From contig JAAILG010001210.1 of assembly GCA_012026655.1 (NCBI GenBank), positions 1-64,000 of the forward strand: DNA of 64,000 nt, in the 5' to 3' direction. Under the pieces are notes generated by a model. That model had not been told where the DNA came from. It worked only from the letters and a program-made list of their open reading frames with translations, and ran no database searches. The position numbers and the translations under genes were made by a program. This DNA is from Hydrolagus affinis. Its lineage: Eukaryota. Below are positions 24,533 through 38,324 of this stretch, one piece after another (within the stretch, counting starts at the first letter, position 1; every line of letters starts with the position of its first letter).

Positions 24533-27500
24533 TATGAATTTCATTTTTATCCTAAGTTTTAATTGAAATCCAATTGTGTTGCTGCAGATGTTTCGGGTGG
24601 GGAGAGAGAGATGAGTGAAGTAAATGACATTGTTGAAATTATTTATGAAAAAAAGAGCATTTTTAAACAATGCTTTAGGGTTGTGGGATGAAACCACAGC
24701 TTTATTTTAATCTGTATGATGTTTCCAGGCAACCGCAGGAAAAAAAGAGTCACTAATTTCAAAAGATGCAAATGGAAGTGTCCTTGATAATAGTAAATGA
24801 GTTTGCAAAGGTTATTCATTCAAGCAATTGGAATAATAATTAGCCAATCTCTTAACCAGCTACAGTTCAGGTCTCCGCAGGCAAGTGAAGGAATTCAAAT
24901 CTGCCGTTAAATACAGTATATCATTCAGGGGGCTCCAAATAGTTCAGAAAAGACTGATGATCTATCAAAGGTGTATACTGTACAGTAGAATGATAATAAT
25001 CATCACAGGAGGAACCTGAATTTGAAATCCCTCAATACTGATTTTAACCTGACCCAGCACCACTTCACACAATTAAATAAATCTGCCAGTGATTCTGTGG
25101 TGAGAAGAGTTTGGTTTGCTATAATACTGAATTCACTTTGCCTTCAGAGTTGCTTTTCCTCAGTAGATCAGCGAGTGATCCTAGCCGCAATTGTCCACCT
25201 CCTTGGGGTCAGCAGCATTGATGGAGGCATGAGCACTAGTTTGCTTCTGCAGCCCATTGTTTAAGGAACAGCACAGACCAAAGAGAAGCAAAATTGGTAT
25301 GAGCTTATGATTTTGTGTAATGAACACTGCTAGGCAAGGTTCATCAGCAGTGAGTAGAAACTCAGTTGTTAGGCGATTGGCAGAACGCTTTTCCATGGTA
25401 ATAATCTCTTCAAAAACTATTTTTTAGATAATTTGGCATTCAATCCACAACATTGTGGGGGACTCTGCTGTGCACATTTGTTGCCACATTTTGTCAACAA
25501 AATACTGTATAGCGTTAATTCACTTTATAGTATATTTTGTGAAGCATTTTGAATCATCTCGCAGAAATGATAAGGTGCTATTTAATTTCAAGGAGTATTA
25601 TTATTATAACTACTTACACTACCTAAGAACAAAAGGGTAATTGCAAAAATTTGCTCAAGTTAAATTTGGATATCAGCATCTTTGGGCATTTCCTTTACTG
25701 TACAGGATGCTTATTTTGACACATCTCACACAATGCATCTTTAAATGCAAGATCTGTAATCCAGAGTTCTGTGTGTCTAAAACTAACCTTTATAATCAGA
25801 GGGTGTAATGCACACTCGTGGGGAGTGTGTGCTTTTCGAACAAACAAATCAGTGTCAACAAACGCAGTTGCTTTGTGTCATTAATGAGAAGGACTTTGAA
25901 CCCATGCACTGAATTTTTCATTAACATACTTGAGTGTGTAGAACTGACTTGCGCACATTTACCTGCTGACAGGAGCTACTGACATATAAATAGTATTCAA
26001 AGAAATTCCCCAAACACAGGAATTTCCACGTGTAAGTGGCATGCATAGAAGTCTGTTTGGGTTGTATATGCTTAAGCACGGTGATGGGTTTTCACATTTG
26101 TCAGACACATGGCTGACCAAATGAAGGAGGAAGATAATGGAACCTTACTTTCATGTCAGTGTAGTTAAAGATGATGATGAGGTTTGATTTTCAATCCCAA
26201 TTCATTTATACAGGTATTATGTTTCGGTAATATCAATTGACAGTCTTAGAATTAAATTAATTTATATTGTGTGCTTGTTGTCCAGCCTATAACTCGTAGT
26301 AATTATTTTAGGCATTTTTGGCAGAGACTGATATTGGTCACGAGATTATATATTCTGTATTTGATCCAGTAGTTATATAATGTAATGGATTGTGTAGTTT
26401 TATTTTTTTAAATGATGAAGACGAAAACGCCACTTTAAGGTCAGGAAGATGTTGCTGCTAAATTTGAGATGCAGGGAACTCTGCTGGGTATTTTCTAAAC
26501 TGCTCTGTTTCAGAAGACAAAAAGAGCAGCAAACCGCTTGCTTAATGGACTTTCCAAAGCATGGAATGTTCTGCAAATCCAACTGTCCATCTCCTCTCAA
26601 CAGAGAGGGGTTAAAAATTCCAAAATGAAGTTATAGAAATTTGCAATTCAATGTTCAATTTCCTATTATTGAACTGTAAAACTCAGCTTCATATCAGTTT
26701 GAATCCATGGCATTTCTGCAGTTTATTTTTGTCCTGGCTAATTTGGGACTACTGCTTGGTCAGTCAGGATTAAATTCCACCCTCGGGTCCATTTACTTCC
26801 TCTTCATCCGTGTTTTGCCCCTCAATCTACAGGCCATTCAATACCAAACATATTGAAGACAGTAAGAGTATAGAGTCAGAGTATCAGAGTAGAGTCAGAG
26901 TATCAGTTTAATACAATCAAGTACCTGGGATCCAGAAAATTATAAGACAAATGTTTGCTTTGGTGCATTCGTTCTCTGAATCTCTTTGTTGCATTATGAT
27001 ACGCATTAGACATTGTATTGTCTTTTTTTCATTGAACAGCACCCGGTTTAATAAGAGGCAGAGGCAATAAATCATTGATCCATGTTGCTTATAGAACAAT
27101 TACGTTTTAAATCATTTATTTTTATGTTGCACAGCTTCAGTCATTTCAATGACCGATAAAATGGATTTCAGTACTCACAAAGTCCTCAAATTAACTGCTG
27201 GATTATTGTTGGCCTCGGTGAGTCATGTGCTAATACTAGACTTCGATATGGAGTAGTGCAGTTAGAATAAAAGGGATCATTTGTGTGTGACAACTGCACG
27301 CTGACATAAGAATACATTAATAGGTTTACCAGAAAAGCTGTGGCTATATGGGGCTTTGAGTGTATAATAGATACTGATACTGAATCCAACAGCTGTTCAA
27401 TGCACCTAAGGTATAGTGTGTAGGTGCGTAAGAGCTGGAAATAACAGACACGAAAACAGGAGGCAAATTAACTGATGCTATATGCATAAAGTATGAGCAA

Positions 27501-28082
27501 CCCTAATAAGGAAGTCTCTCTTTAGCTACAGATCTCATTTGTATAGTTAATTTGCTGCCACATTGTCATCGTGCAAATATGATCAGTTTCCCAGATACAG
27601 TGCAGATTTTTCTTATCACAAAAGAGCTTGAAGTAGAATTGGAAAGGAATTACTGTTTGTAATTTTGATCGGGTATTGAGAGGGCATAACATAGTGGAAC
27701 CAACAGCAGAAGAGGAAACTGAGCTTAAATCGTCAGCTCCTTGTTAAGATCATTGCCTCTCACTTGAGGAAGCAACATGTCCATTCATCATAATACAGTC
27801 AGACTCATTGATCAAAACATCATGATAAACTACCTTATTACCAAAAAAAAAAAAAATTCTTTAAGATTTATTAGACATTGTTAAGGTGTCATTACTTTTT
27901 GGTCACCCTGTACAATATGATGCTCCTCTCTGGTCCTTTGCCCAGTGCCTAGATACTGACTTTAAACTGACCATCCTCTGCAATTATTTTTAAGTCCTTT
28001 GCTGTTGCCTCTAGAAAATCTGCCAAGTGTACTCTTCAAGTTCCTCACCCTCACATACAAATCCATTCGTACCCTTCGTATA

Positions 28083-28394
28083 ATACTAATAATCCTTGCA
28101 TTTGATATAACACTTTTCACGTCTTCTAGACGTCTCAAAGCACTTCATAGAATACTGTATACTATAAAGTGAATTCACTGTATATTTGTGGGCGAAACGT
28201 GGCAGCAAATTGCCCACAGCTGTGTCCCACAAACAGTCGTTGATTGAAGTGACAAATTTATTATTGTTTTTTTTGAGTGATTATTATTAGGCCTGTGGAG
28301 TAAGGAAACTTGCCCAAGGTTTCGCCCTGCCGGGAATCAAACCCAGGTCTCTCGCTTGCGAGTCGAATGCTCTAACCACTGAGCTACAAGACTT
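28083..28394 (-). mobile_element. tRNA SINE, full length
   Basis: Reverse complement of head (GCTCTAACCACTGAGCTACAAGAC), core and tail. Confidence 0.9.
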
Positions 28395-29146
28395 CTTCCA
28401 TGATCTTCAGGCATAATCTAATCCTGCGTTGAGGTTGCTGCATATTTCACTGCTGCTGTCATTTCTTAATAAAGGCTGGAGCACAAGTATTTTAATTCCT
28501 GATGTTTTCAATTCCCACACAAACGGGTGGTTTATTCTGGATGTGGGAGCAAACTCTTAGTGAGGGAACAATTTTTCACATGCTGGAGTTACCAGATCTG
28601 TCGGGTCAATTTCTGACAATATTGAATGTTTTTTGCTCCAGTGGCCTAACTTGGGCTGTTTAAATTGATCTGCAAGTACAGTACTATATTTGAATTTTGC
28701 CTAGTTTGTCCTGGCAATCCTCCCTGTACACACCTCGTCCATTGCTCTCTGCTTTCCAGTGTTGGCAGACAGGATTATTAAAAGGGGGGAGGGGAAGATT
28801 CCAGAAAATAGTAACTACCCTTTTGCAGCTAGTAGACTAGCCATTGGAATGTATTATCTGTCTATTTGGCATGACTTAACAATTGCTTGTCATTAATGCA
28901 GGCTGAATTATTTTCCTTGTTCCCTTACTTCAATTACTTTGTCAACACAGCAATGGAATCTTTTGGCATGAAGCCAAATCCAGCCGTTTATTTTAATATC
29001 AGTTTCCAAGAACCGATGATGTTGAATCGTTTTTGAAATACCAATGCTGCTTCGTTTATTGTTTTGTCCTCTGCTGGCAACCCCAGCTCCCTTCTCCTTT
29101 GTCTTTTTTATGTATATTATTATATATTATTTATATACAGTATATA

Positions 29147-29169
29147 TACACACACACACACACACACAC
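29147..29169. repeat. (CA)n microsatellite
   Basis: acacacacacacacacacacac following an AT-dinucleotide run. Confidence 0.85.
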
Positions 29170-29899
29170 TAGAATTGGAATCGTAAAACTAAAATTCTAC
29201 CTACCATCTGATATTGATGAATAATAGAGGAGTGAAGTTGTACATTAGCTGTGTTGCTGCTGTTTAAAATTTTTATGACTACGCCAGGATATTGTGCAGT
29301 CAGTCTTGGTAATAAAATGACGTAATAGCTGTTACTTTTTTTTCTTTTAGATAAAGGCATGCCAAGACAATTGATGAATTTCCCGTTTAAATTGTTAGCC
29401 AGCTTGAGTGCTCAATTAGTTCATAGATAAACACCCCTGTGCGTCATGGCTGTCATTCGTATGACCTTGTCAAAGCTTAAAATCCATGGTGCATAATTTT
29501 TTTTTCGACTGATTCACCCAGTGGAATTTATGTGTAGAAAAAAAATGACCTGAAAATTGATTTGCTTTGGACAGTCTGGTTTTATTTGTTGTTGCGTCAT
29601 CTTTTCCTGTGATAATGATGGCCAGCCATTGCGCTTCACAAGGATCAATGCCTGTTGCAAAAGGATTTGCGATAATGTGTAGTTTGTTAAGGTTTGAGCA
29701 AACTTAAAGCTCTACAGTTGTTGGAGAGGGAGGGATTGGGAGAGGAAAAACGTAACTTTTCAATAATCTTTGATGAAGCAAATATTATAAAAGTGAAAGT
29801 TTGAGCCTGCTTTCATTTCTTGTGGCTCTGCCTTGCAACATTATGTGCAGTTGTATGTACAGTACTTATTTAGCTGTTGCTAACTGTACTGTGCCGAGT

Positions 29900-30035
29900 T
29901 GTGCTGACCAGCAAGGTACCAGGTTCATTCCCTGGGCTGTGCTGAGTTAGCTAACCTCAGGCAGGCCGCAATAGAATTACAATACAGTTGGATCCCTCAG
30001 TTAGGGAAGAGAATAATCAACTAGAGTTCCTGTGT
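29900..30035 (+). mobile_element. Remnant of a different ancient SINE-like repeat
   Basis: B-box-like GGTTCATTCCC followed by CTGTGCTGAGTTAGCT, which recurs at ~30726. Family not identifiable with certainty. Confidence 0.35.
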
Positions 30036-30159
30036 GAATGTTTGTTGGCATGCTTTATTGGAATCACTGCCAATCCCAATTCTGTCATCATATGTGCACT
30101 TTATCAGGAGTACAAATTGTGGTTTAGCCTGAGGGAAACCTCAATCTGCTAAAGCGAAT

Positions 30160-30590
30160 GATAATAATCCATGCATTTGATATAGCGCTTATCAGATCGT
30201 AGAGTCATTTTATAGTACTTCATAGGATTTTATTATGAAGTATTGTGACTGTGTATTTGTAAGTAGATGCAGTAGTTAATCTGTGCACAGCATTATTCCA
30301 CAAACAGCCGTGAAGTGAGTAACCAATTATATCTGGGGGATTGGGGGCAAGGACACTGGGGGAAACTCCCACTTCTTTGAATTGTGCCATGGGATCTTTA
30401 ACGTCAGGAATGGACAGTCAGAGAAGATTTCACTTGATCATCTCATCCGAAGAACAGCACCTTTGGCAATGCTCCTTTTGGCACCTCCCCACCACCAAGC
30501 CCCGCCACCCACAACATGCGTTGCAGCCAGCTTAGACTTTGTGAGTTTCAAGTCCTGATTTGGAGCTTGAACCCACAACTTTCAGATTCT
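30160..30590 (-). mobile_element. Old Deu-like SINE (long family)
   Basis: Colinear with 545-992 (CACAAACAGC..GTGCCATGGGATCTTTAACGTC..CTTGAACCCACAACTTTCAGA). Confidence 0.7.
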
Positions 30591-32809
30591 CTGGCGTATT
30601 TTGCTTTGACATCCGTCTTGATTATTTTTTATAGTTGCATCAGATATTGTTACTTCTCCCTCCTTGTAGACATTGTGTAACACTTGAGTGTTGCAGAGCT
30701 GAATTGTGCAGGATTGATTGGAGTTCTGTGCTGAGTTAGATGTTCCAACCTGGAGCTATCGAAAGCTCTTCATTTTGCCTTCATTGTCTTATGTTGACAG
30801 GGATGCAAAATGTTACACTTGTGGACAATCCCATCCTCGCCTAAGGTTGAGATACACAAGTTGTACTTTAAAATACTGGATAGTGAACAGGAGCTTTCAC
30901 CATTCAGTTCATTAGACCAAGGATGCTCAAGCATCTTACAGCTGCCTTAATTGAGATCAGCTAATGCAGGTACTAAATCCAATCAGCAAACTTCTGGTCA
31001 GGATCCATCGAGTTACATTAGTCTTTGCTAGTCAGGTACTGCCTGGAAAAAATGAAGGATCATTTTACTCTTGCAAAAGACTTTGCAAACCACTAGAAAG
31101 AGAAATATGTAAACGTTTTAGTAACTTTGAACACATGATAGCTCTTATCATTCCTTAGTAATGACTTAGTTAACTGTTAGCATTCAGTAAATTGTCAAAT
31201 ATTTATTGTGTATATCACTGACCACCACAGCAATCGTTTGTGCAATGCAGAAGACTCCATATGGGCATGTCTTATCAAAAGCAAGAGTAGATCACTTTTG
31301 ATTTTATCTAAGATATTATTTTCATCAGCCAGCTCACAGGACTATTACAAACTGGCCCAATGATGACAATCTCCGAACTACAGTATTCCACAAGATTGTC
31401 TTATAATTGCTACCAGGTATTTGCCATTCTCTATCAAAAAAATCAGAAGTGTTTCTGTGTACAAATTACACTATCAATCAACATAGAAAAATCTGAACCC
31501 AGTTATTTTATCAGATATATTTTAATTCAATTTGCCTCATTTCAGTACTACAAAATATTAAATCCTAAAATATCAAATGAGTCTTTCAGTTTTCTTGCAA
31601 ATCATCCACAGAAAAAATAGTAACAATCCTTGCAATTCATATAGTGTGTTTTGTGTCATAGCATTTACAGGATATTGCTACCAATCATGCAAGAGGGGTA
31701 CATAACCAAATCCAAATGGTTACTGGAAGATTTCTCTGAAACCTTCCATTCTTTTATTTACTGATGTTTAGTTTTTTATCTGTTCTCTTTCCTCCTCCCC
31801 TCACCCCATCCCACCAGCTGCACCATATATCACAGTTGAGAGATTAAGTAGCAATATCCTCCTAGTCCTGTGCTAAAGTAGCTGTTTGAAATAGCCTAGG
31901 AACGTGCATGACAGGTGGTCATTTTAATTAAAATATTCACCGATTATCCATTTAATGGTGCTCAGGCTGAGGATCCACTCCGGCATGATTAGACAGAAAG
32001 GTGGTCAGTAAATTGAGTGACTTCTGATTTCAAGAGTTTTTTTTACTGTATATTCCAGATGTCAGTTTGGCTTAGTTGTCGTAATGCTAGCTTCTGAGTC
32101 AGGAGGTTTTGAGGTACTGTACATTGCTACCAGTGTCATGACCAACAATCCCCCAGCATTGATTTCATAGTTTTTTTATGGGATTCTGTTAATTGCAAAT
32201 TGGCTGTCGCAAAATGCAGAGTTGCTTTAAAGTAAAACCTGTGAAGCACTTTGAGAAGTTCTCCCAACATGAAATAGAAGAACTTTATTATTTTCTTGAA
32301 ACCCTCTGCTGACCTTTAATACATGTATTTTGCCAAAGTTTTATGAACACATAAACGAAAGGGAAAGAAACTTAAAAATGATGCTGATGAAGCAGTCTCC
32401 TATATGAAACTGGGCTCCATGGGTGGTATATTTTACATCAACTTGAATCTTTATAGGTAGTCCCTCCCTTCCGGCAGGGTACATACCCTAATATGACCTT
32501 ATATAAGCACTTTGTCAGCTTGGGTATCTTTACAAATGCCAGAACATATTCCCAAAGTATTGCTTTAACGACTGTTAAGATGCATCATGCTTTGATAATG
32601 GCTAAGACTCATTGTATATGTGCTGTGCATTATACATTCAGTAATCACTGCATTCAGGCAATACCCATTTATTTTGTACAGCTCATTGCTGTCATGAAAT
32701 TCATTTTAACTACTGACATTAATTACCAAGGTGACTTGACAGGAATGGCAGGTTTGGAATCAGGAATACTATGTGGGATATGCAGTCCATATAACATTGT
32801 GTGAAAGGA

Positions 32810-33012
32810 TAATAATAATCCTTGCATTTGCTTTAGAGCTTTTCACATCTTCTAGATGTCTCAAAGTGCTTCACAGAATATACTGTAAAGTGCATTGACT
32901 GTATATTATGAGCAAAACATGACAGCCAATTGCGCACAAGTGTCCCACAAACAGTCATGGATTTAAATGACCAATTAATTATTGTGTGTGTTTTTTGAGG
33001 GATTATTATTAG
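32810..33012 (-). mobile_element. tRNA SINE, 5'-truncated
   Basis: Tail and core match the young SINE family. Confidence 0.85.
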
Positions 33013-35049
33013 ATGTGTATTATTAGGATGTATTATTATTAGGATGTAGTGGTATAGTGACCTATTGAACATTTTGTCGTTTGTACTATTGTCTAATTCT
33101 AAGGTATTGCTACTGTTGTAGAGTATGTAGTTTTTGGTGCCTCCGGTGCACCAAAGTAGTGAAATCCTGGTTTTTCTAACTTTTCAGACATTAAGCTTGC
33201 AACTTCCAACAGCAAACCGCTTCATTTCATTAACTGATGTGCGGTCTGTATGAAAGGCTCTGAGTTGCATTCCACTGTGCTGTACATTGTTGGGTAAGCA
33301 ATAGATGGGCCACCAATGCTAAAGGGAGGAAGAAAAGTCCCATTTGCTAATTCTGAGCCTTTGCAGGGAACTTTCTGGTTGTATCATTGTGTGATAATCA
33401 TTCATCAATATATTGACAACCAATCCGTACACTTCAGATGTACTCTTGGTATCCTGGCCAACATTCCCCCAAATAGGATTGGTCGTTCACTTCATGGCTG
33501 TTTGTGGAACATTGCTGTGTACAAGTTGGCTGCTGTGTTTTCCTACAAAATACACAATCACTATAGTTCATGGTATATCCAATTAAATGCTTTGAGGCTT
33601 TCTCCTGATGTGATAAAGTGCTGCATCAAAATGTAATGTCTGCCTAATGAAACTTATTCATTAGCTGCATGGACATGTTAGGCATAATTTGTATTTTCAG
33701 ACTGAATTACAAGCATTTACACAATGCAAAATTATATCTATACAGCATGTTTCACATTGGAGGACGTCCCAATGCATTGGACAGTCAGGGATTTGCACCC
33801 GAGCAGGGTTGTTACAGAGAAAGGATTTCCCCAAATTACTATAAATATTCATCAAAGGAACACTGTTTAAGTGTAAAATCTATGCGTTTGACTTCTTCTC
33901 AAATAAATGTTGCGAAAACATCAAGGTTGAAGCATTTCCTCTAACGTAATCGGAGGCCACAGCTTCTACTTTTTGTTGTGCATTTTCCTAACATAAGTCA
34001 TGGAATCGTAGTTTTCCAGCACCTTGTGCCAGTGTCAGGTCTTTGAAAGACGGACCCATCTATTCATTTCCATTTTCCTATTGCTGAAGTAGGTCCTAAT
34101 GTTTCCGCTTTCTGCAGTGGATTTTGTCCCCTACACTAGTGAAATCTGTTTCTGCTTTTCAGTGTATTTCGGATAAGATGAAATCAATATGCCTCCTTAG
34201 TTACTATGCAATATAATTTTGTACACAGTTTTGGCACAGTTAAAGGAAAATCTTTTTAATATCAGTTTCCAAAATTCTGTCAAGTTAAAAAAAATACCAA
34301 CGACGAGCCGGCCAAAGTGATTTCATCCAGAATGACTGCTGTTAAATTGTTCTCGTGCTGTCTGCTGCTGGAAACTGCAAGGTCTGTGCTATATGTCTGA
34401 TGAGGTCTCAGTGTTTCATTGGTGTTAACAAGTTGGAATACATCAGACATGGTTTTTGCAGATTTTAGTTAAAATCATTGGAATTCCAGGATTGTTTTAA
34501 ACTTTTGCTCAATGACCGAGTCCTTGCCCAATGTCCCACACTGGTTAACTGGTAAATTTTGGTAGATAGTAAGTTTGGCTGGCCGTGGCACATGAAACTC
34601 TTCCAGTTAAGGGAGCAGTTGTGTACATGTTAATTTCTATACTGCTGTGTACGTTGGAGCAATCAAACTTACAGTTCTGTGTATTTAACCAGCAGAAAAT
34701 AGAAAATTGTGGAAGGTTTTCTTACTGTCAAAAAAAAACCAGGACGATGTGCACACAATTTAGTGGTAAGGGAACTGGAGCCCTTGGAAAATAAACAAAT
34801 TACGTATTACACATTATTACGTAATGTTGAAGGATGAGACCTGAATCAACTGTGTCTGTGAGTTGAATAATTAAAATAATCTTTACTTGAATCAGGGCCT
34901 TTCATGCCGAGGTGGATGTCTCCCAGCGCTTCAAAGCATTTACTGTAAAGTGTGGCACCTGTGTTTAGTTTGTGAAAGAAGCAACCAATTTGCACACAGC
35001 CGACAAATCAACTCACTCCTTAACACCTCCCTACATCTTTGCTTAAATG

Positions 35050-36500
35050 TAAATGCTCAAATGCCCTGCTGGTCAGTCTTCCCAATTCCTCCCTCCACAG
35101 GCTGCAGATAATCCAGAATTCAGCGGGCCGTGTCCTTTACCGTTCCAAACTCCGTGACCCCATCTCCCCCATCCTTGCCCGACTCCATTGGCTCCCCATC
35201 ATCCAGAGGATCCAATTCAAGATCCTGGTCCTCACATTTAATGCCCTCTACAACCTCGCCCTACCCTACATCTGTGACCTCCTATCCCCTTACTAACCTG
35301 CCAGCCACCTCCGCTCAGCAGGCTCTGGCCTGCTCCACGTCCCCCGACCCACCCACCCAACCATCCAACTATTGGCGGGCGAGCCTTCAATCACTCTTCC
35401 CCCAACCTCTGGAACTCCATCCTGAAGTCCCTCCGCCTCGCCCCTCCCTGGCCCAAGTCTTGCCTCAAGACTCTCCTCTTCGATGGTCCCATTGGCAACT
35501 CCTTATCCCCCTGTTCCCTCCCCCCCTCCCCCCATCCTCAGCTCGGTTCTGAAGCAGTTACTGTCCAGCGCCTTGGGACGTCCTCCTGATGTGAAAGGCA
35601 CTATACAAATGTCATTTTGCTGCTGCTGTTGCTTGCATCTTACTGCTCTACCTCCACCCTTCGCTCAGCTGGTTTTGGCCTCCTGCATGTCTCTTGTCCC
35701 CTACGCTCCACCGTTGGTACCCATGTCTTCAGTCACTATGCCCCAATACAATGGAACTTGTGCCTCAATCCCTCCACCTTGTCCCCCTCCTTGCTCATCT
35801 TCAGATCATATCTGAATGAATACCATCCTCTTTGACTTATGGTTATTTTCCCTCCTCTCTTGGGTTGGTTTTGTGCTCTGCCACTGATAAGCACTCTTAG
35901 GGGCTACCACACATAAAAGGCACTATGTAAATGCAAATTGTAGTTGTATAAAATAATTTACTCTCCTTTTACAATAAAGTAAAGCTTGAGATTGGGAGTA
36001 AATTGCTATGTTAACAATATTCGTCTTTAACGCACTGCTTAGTTCAGCTCATTCAGAACTCTGCCATCTGCATTTTCACCCACACCAAACTTCACTCCCC
36101 GATTACCCCAGTCCTTGCCAGACTTCACTGGCTCCCTGTCCCAGAGAGGATCAATTTCAAGATCATCACTCTTGTTTTCAAGTCTCTCCATTCCTCTGCA
36201 CCCATCTATCTTTGCTCCTCCAGTTCTGGTCTCCTCCCTGTCCCCCGAATCCTTCGCTCCACTATCAGCGGCCGTGCCTTCAGCCACTACACCCCGAAAC
36301 TCTAGAACTCACTCCCTTCACCTTGCCCCCTCTCTTCTTAGTTTGAGGACACAGCTGAAGACTTTTCTTTTTGACCACGCCTTTGGTCAACTTTTTGCCC
36401 CTCCCCCTTCCCCTGGCTTGGGCCCAGGATCTGTTATTGTGAAGCGCTCTGAGACACCGTCCGGCGTGGAGGGTGCTATTTAAATCAAAGTTGTTGTTGT
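35050..36500 (+). mobile_element. Three consecutive L2 3' fragments (35050-35620, 35620-35950, 36030-36500)
   Basis: NALLVSLPNSSLHRLQIIQNSAGRVL..PISPILARLHWLPIIQRIQFKILVLTFNAL is classic L2 ORF2. Each fragment ends in its own (TTG)-like tail. Confidence 0.88.
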
Positions 36501-36504
36501 CGGT

Positions 36505-36660
36505 TGGTTTGGGGAGGGCATTATTTGAGGAGAACAAGTTTGCAGGGTTATGGGGAGAGAGCTGGGGAGTGGGATTGACTTTGAATAGTTCTTGTTAAAG
36601 AGCCGGCACAGACACGATGGGCCGAATGGCCTCCTTTTATGCTGTAAAATTCTATGATTA
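36505..36660 (+). mobile_element. CR1 LINE 3' terminus
   Basis: GGTTATGGGGAGAGAGCTGGGGAGTGGGATT..GATGGGCCGAATGGCCTCCT..AATTCTATGATT. Related tails at ~19260-19430, 41540-41650, 50060-50205 and 62770-62920. Confidence 0.8.
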
Positions 36661-36778
36661 GTACAAAGCTTTTCAACAGGATAGTTACCATGGGTACTGT
36701 TTTATAATGAAGCTAACTTGTAGTTCTGCATATGCCACTTCCTTGCTCTGTTCCTCTTGTCATCACAAACAGCAACTA

Positions 36779-37309
36779 CCGTATATCTCCGCGTATAAGG
36801 TGCACTTTTTTTCACGTCGGAAGATCTCGAAAGTTGGGGGTGCGCCCTATACGCAGGTACAAGAAATTTTGAGCCTCGGAAATACAGTAAACAGGAGGGG
36901 CGGCCGGCGCACTGTCAGCCGGGGTTTGGTCAGTGTCCGGCGGGGGTTGGGGGGAGCGGATGACGGGGCTTCGGCCTCGGCCGCCCGGGCAGCGGCAGCA
37001 GTAGCGGACTTCAGTGCTGTGCTCGCTGCCTGCCTTCTGCCAAACCCAGTCTGCCTGCCTCCCTCCCTGCCGCTCTCTCTCTCTGCCTGCCTGCCTCTCT
37101 CCTTCTCTCTCTCCCTGGCTGCCTGCCTGCNNNNNNNNNNNNNNNNNNNNNNNNNNNNNNNNNNNNNNNNNNNNNNNNNNNNNNNNNNNNNNNNNNNNNN
37201 NNNNNNNNNNNNNNNNNNNNNNNNNNNNNNTTTTTTTTTCACCAAGAAAAGGTCAAAAGTGGGGGGTGCGCCTTATACGCGAGTGCGCCTTATACGCGGA
37301 GATATACGG
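36779..37309. mobile_element. Young Tc1/mariner (pogo-like) non-autonomous transposon spanning an assembly gap
   Basis: 27-bp TIR CCGTATATCTCCGCGTATAAGG(T/C)GCAC with one mismatch. TA flanks at 36777-78 and 37310-11. CpG-rich interior. Confidence 0.9.
37131..37230. other. Assembly gap (100 N)
   Basis: Run of n. True length unknown. Confidence 0.99.
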
Positions 37310-37573
37310 TAAGTATTAAATTAAAAGGCAAGTACTGTATGTGACTCTGGCAAATGCTCAGATCATTATTCACATGTTACCCTGCCTTAAAACATTTCTA
37401 TTTTCCCCATCAGTGAAATGAATGCGCATTTGTGTTTGTTGCATTGTGTTCTCAGATGTGGAAAATGACTTTTTTTTAGCTCAGGGGAAGCCTCTTTTGG
37501 GGGCTTCATATAATGGGGTTGCCCTATGTGGTAGTTTATAAGGTAGTCTCTCAGACATCCCTACCTATCTAAT

Positions 37574-38155
37574 TAATAATAATAATACAGTACTGTACTT
37601 GCATTTCGTATAGCATCTTATCACATTTTTGAGATGTTTCAAATTGCTTCATGAAATATACTGTGAAAATAATTTACTAATAATTTGTGGAGTCCTGTAT
37701 CTCAGTGGTTAGAGCACCCGCCTTGCAAGTGAGAGACCTGTGTTCAATTCCAAGTAGGGTAAAACCTTGGGCAGTTTGCTTACTCAACATGCCTGATAAT
37801 AATCCCTTAAATATAAATAATAATAAATTGGTCATTTCAAACCACAACTGTTTGTGGGATACTGCTGTGCGCAATTGGCTGCCACGTTTCTCCCACAAAA
37901 TTACAGTCAATTCACTTTACAGTGTATTCTCTGAAGCGTTTTGAGATGTCTAGAAGACGTGACTATTTCAAATGCAAGAATTATTATTAAGTGACTTGAT
38001 TGTATATTCTGTGAGTGAAACGCGGCAACAAAATGTGCACAGCAGTGTCCCACAAACAGTTGTGGATTGAAGTGACCAATTTATTATTTTTTATACAGCA
38101 GTTATTACCCCTGGGAAAATCTGCCTATCAATTAACAACCAGGTTTCTACTCATC
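37574..38155. mobile_element. Full + SINE (37687-37990) nested inside a - SINE (37574-37675 and 37991-38155)
   Basis: Head GTGGAGTCCTGTATCTCAGTGGTTAGAGC at 37687. The flanking pieces are consecutive parts of a reverse copy. Confidence 0.82.
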
Positions 38156-38324
38156 TTTCTAACTCCAGTTTGCGTACCGAGTTAAATGTATTGCTTTTAA
38201 CACAAGGGGAATCCTCCTATGATGCAGTGACAAGAATTGTATGAAGGACTGTTTGAACAGCTGGAATATGTATTCTTGGGGAATTTAACTCAACTGATTT
38301 AGCAGTGCATTCTACAGCATTCTA

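Noticed and set aside
26865-26907. Short tandem duplication TAGAGTCAGAGTATCAG
   Set aside because: Ordinary slippage-type duplication with no functional signal.
36707-37312. 201-aa and overlapping ORFs
   Set aside because: Artefacts of a GC-rich MITE interior plus the N gap. No transposase motifs.
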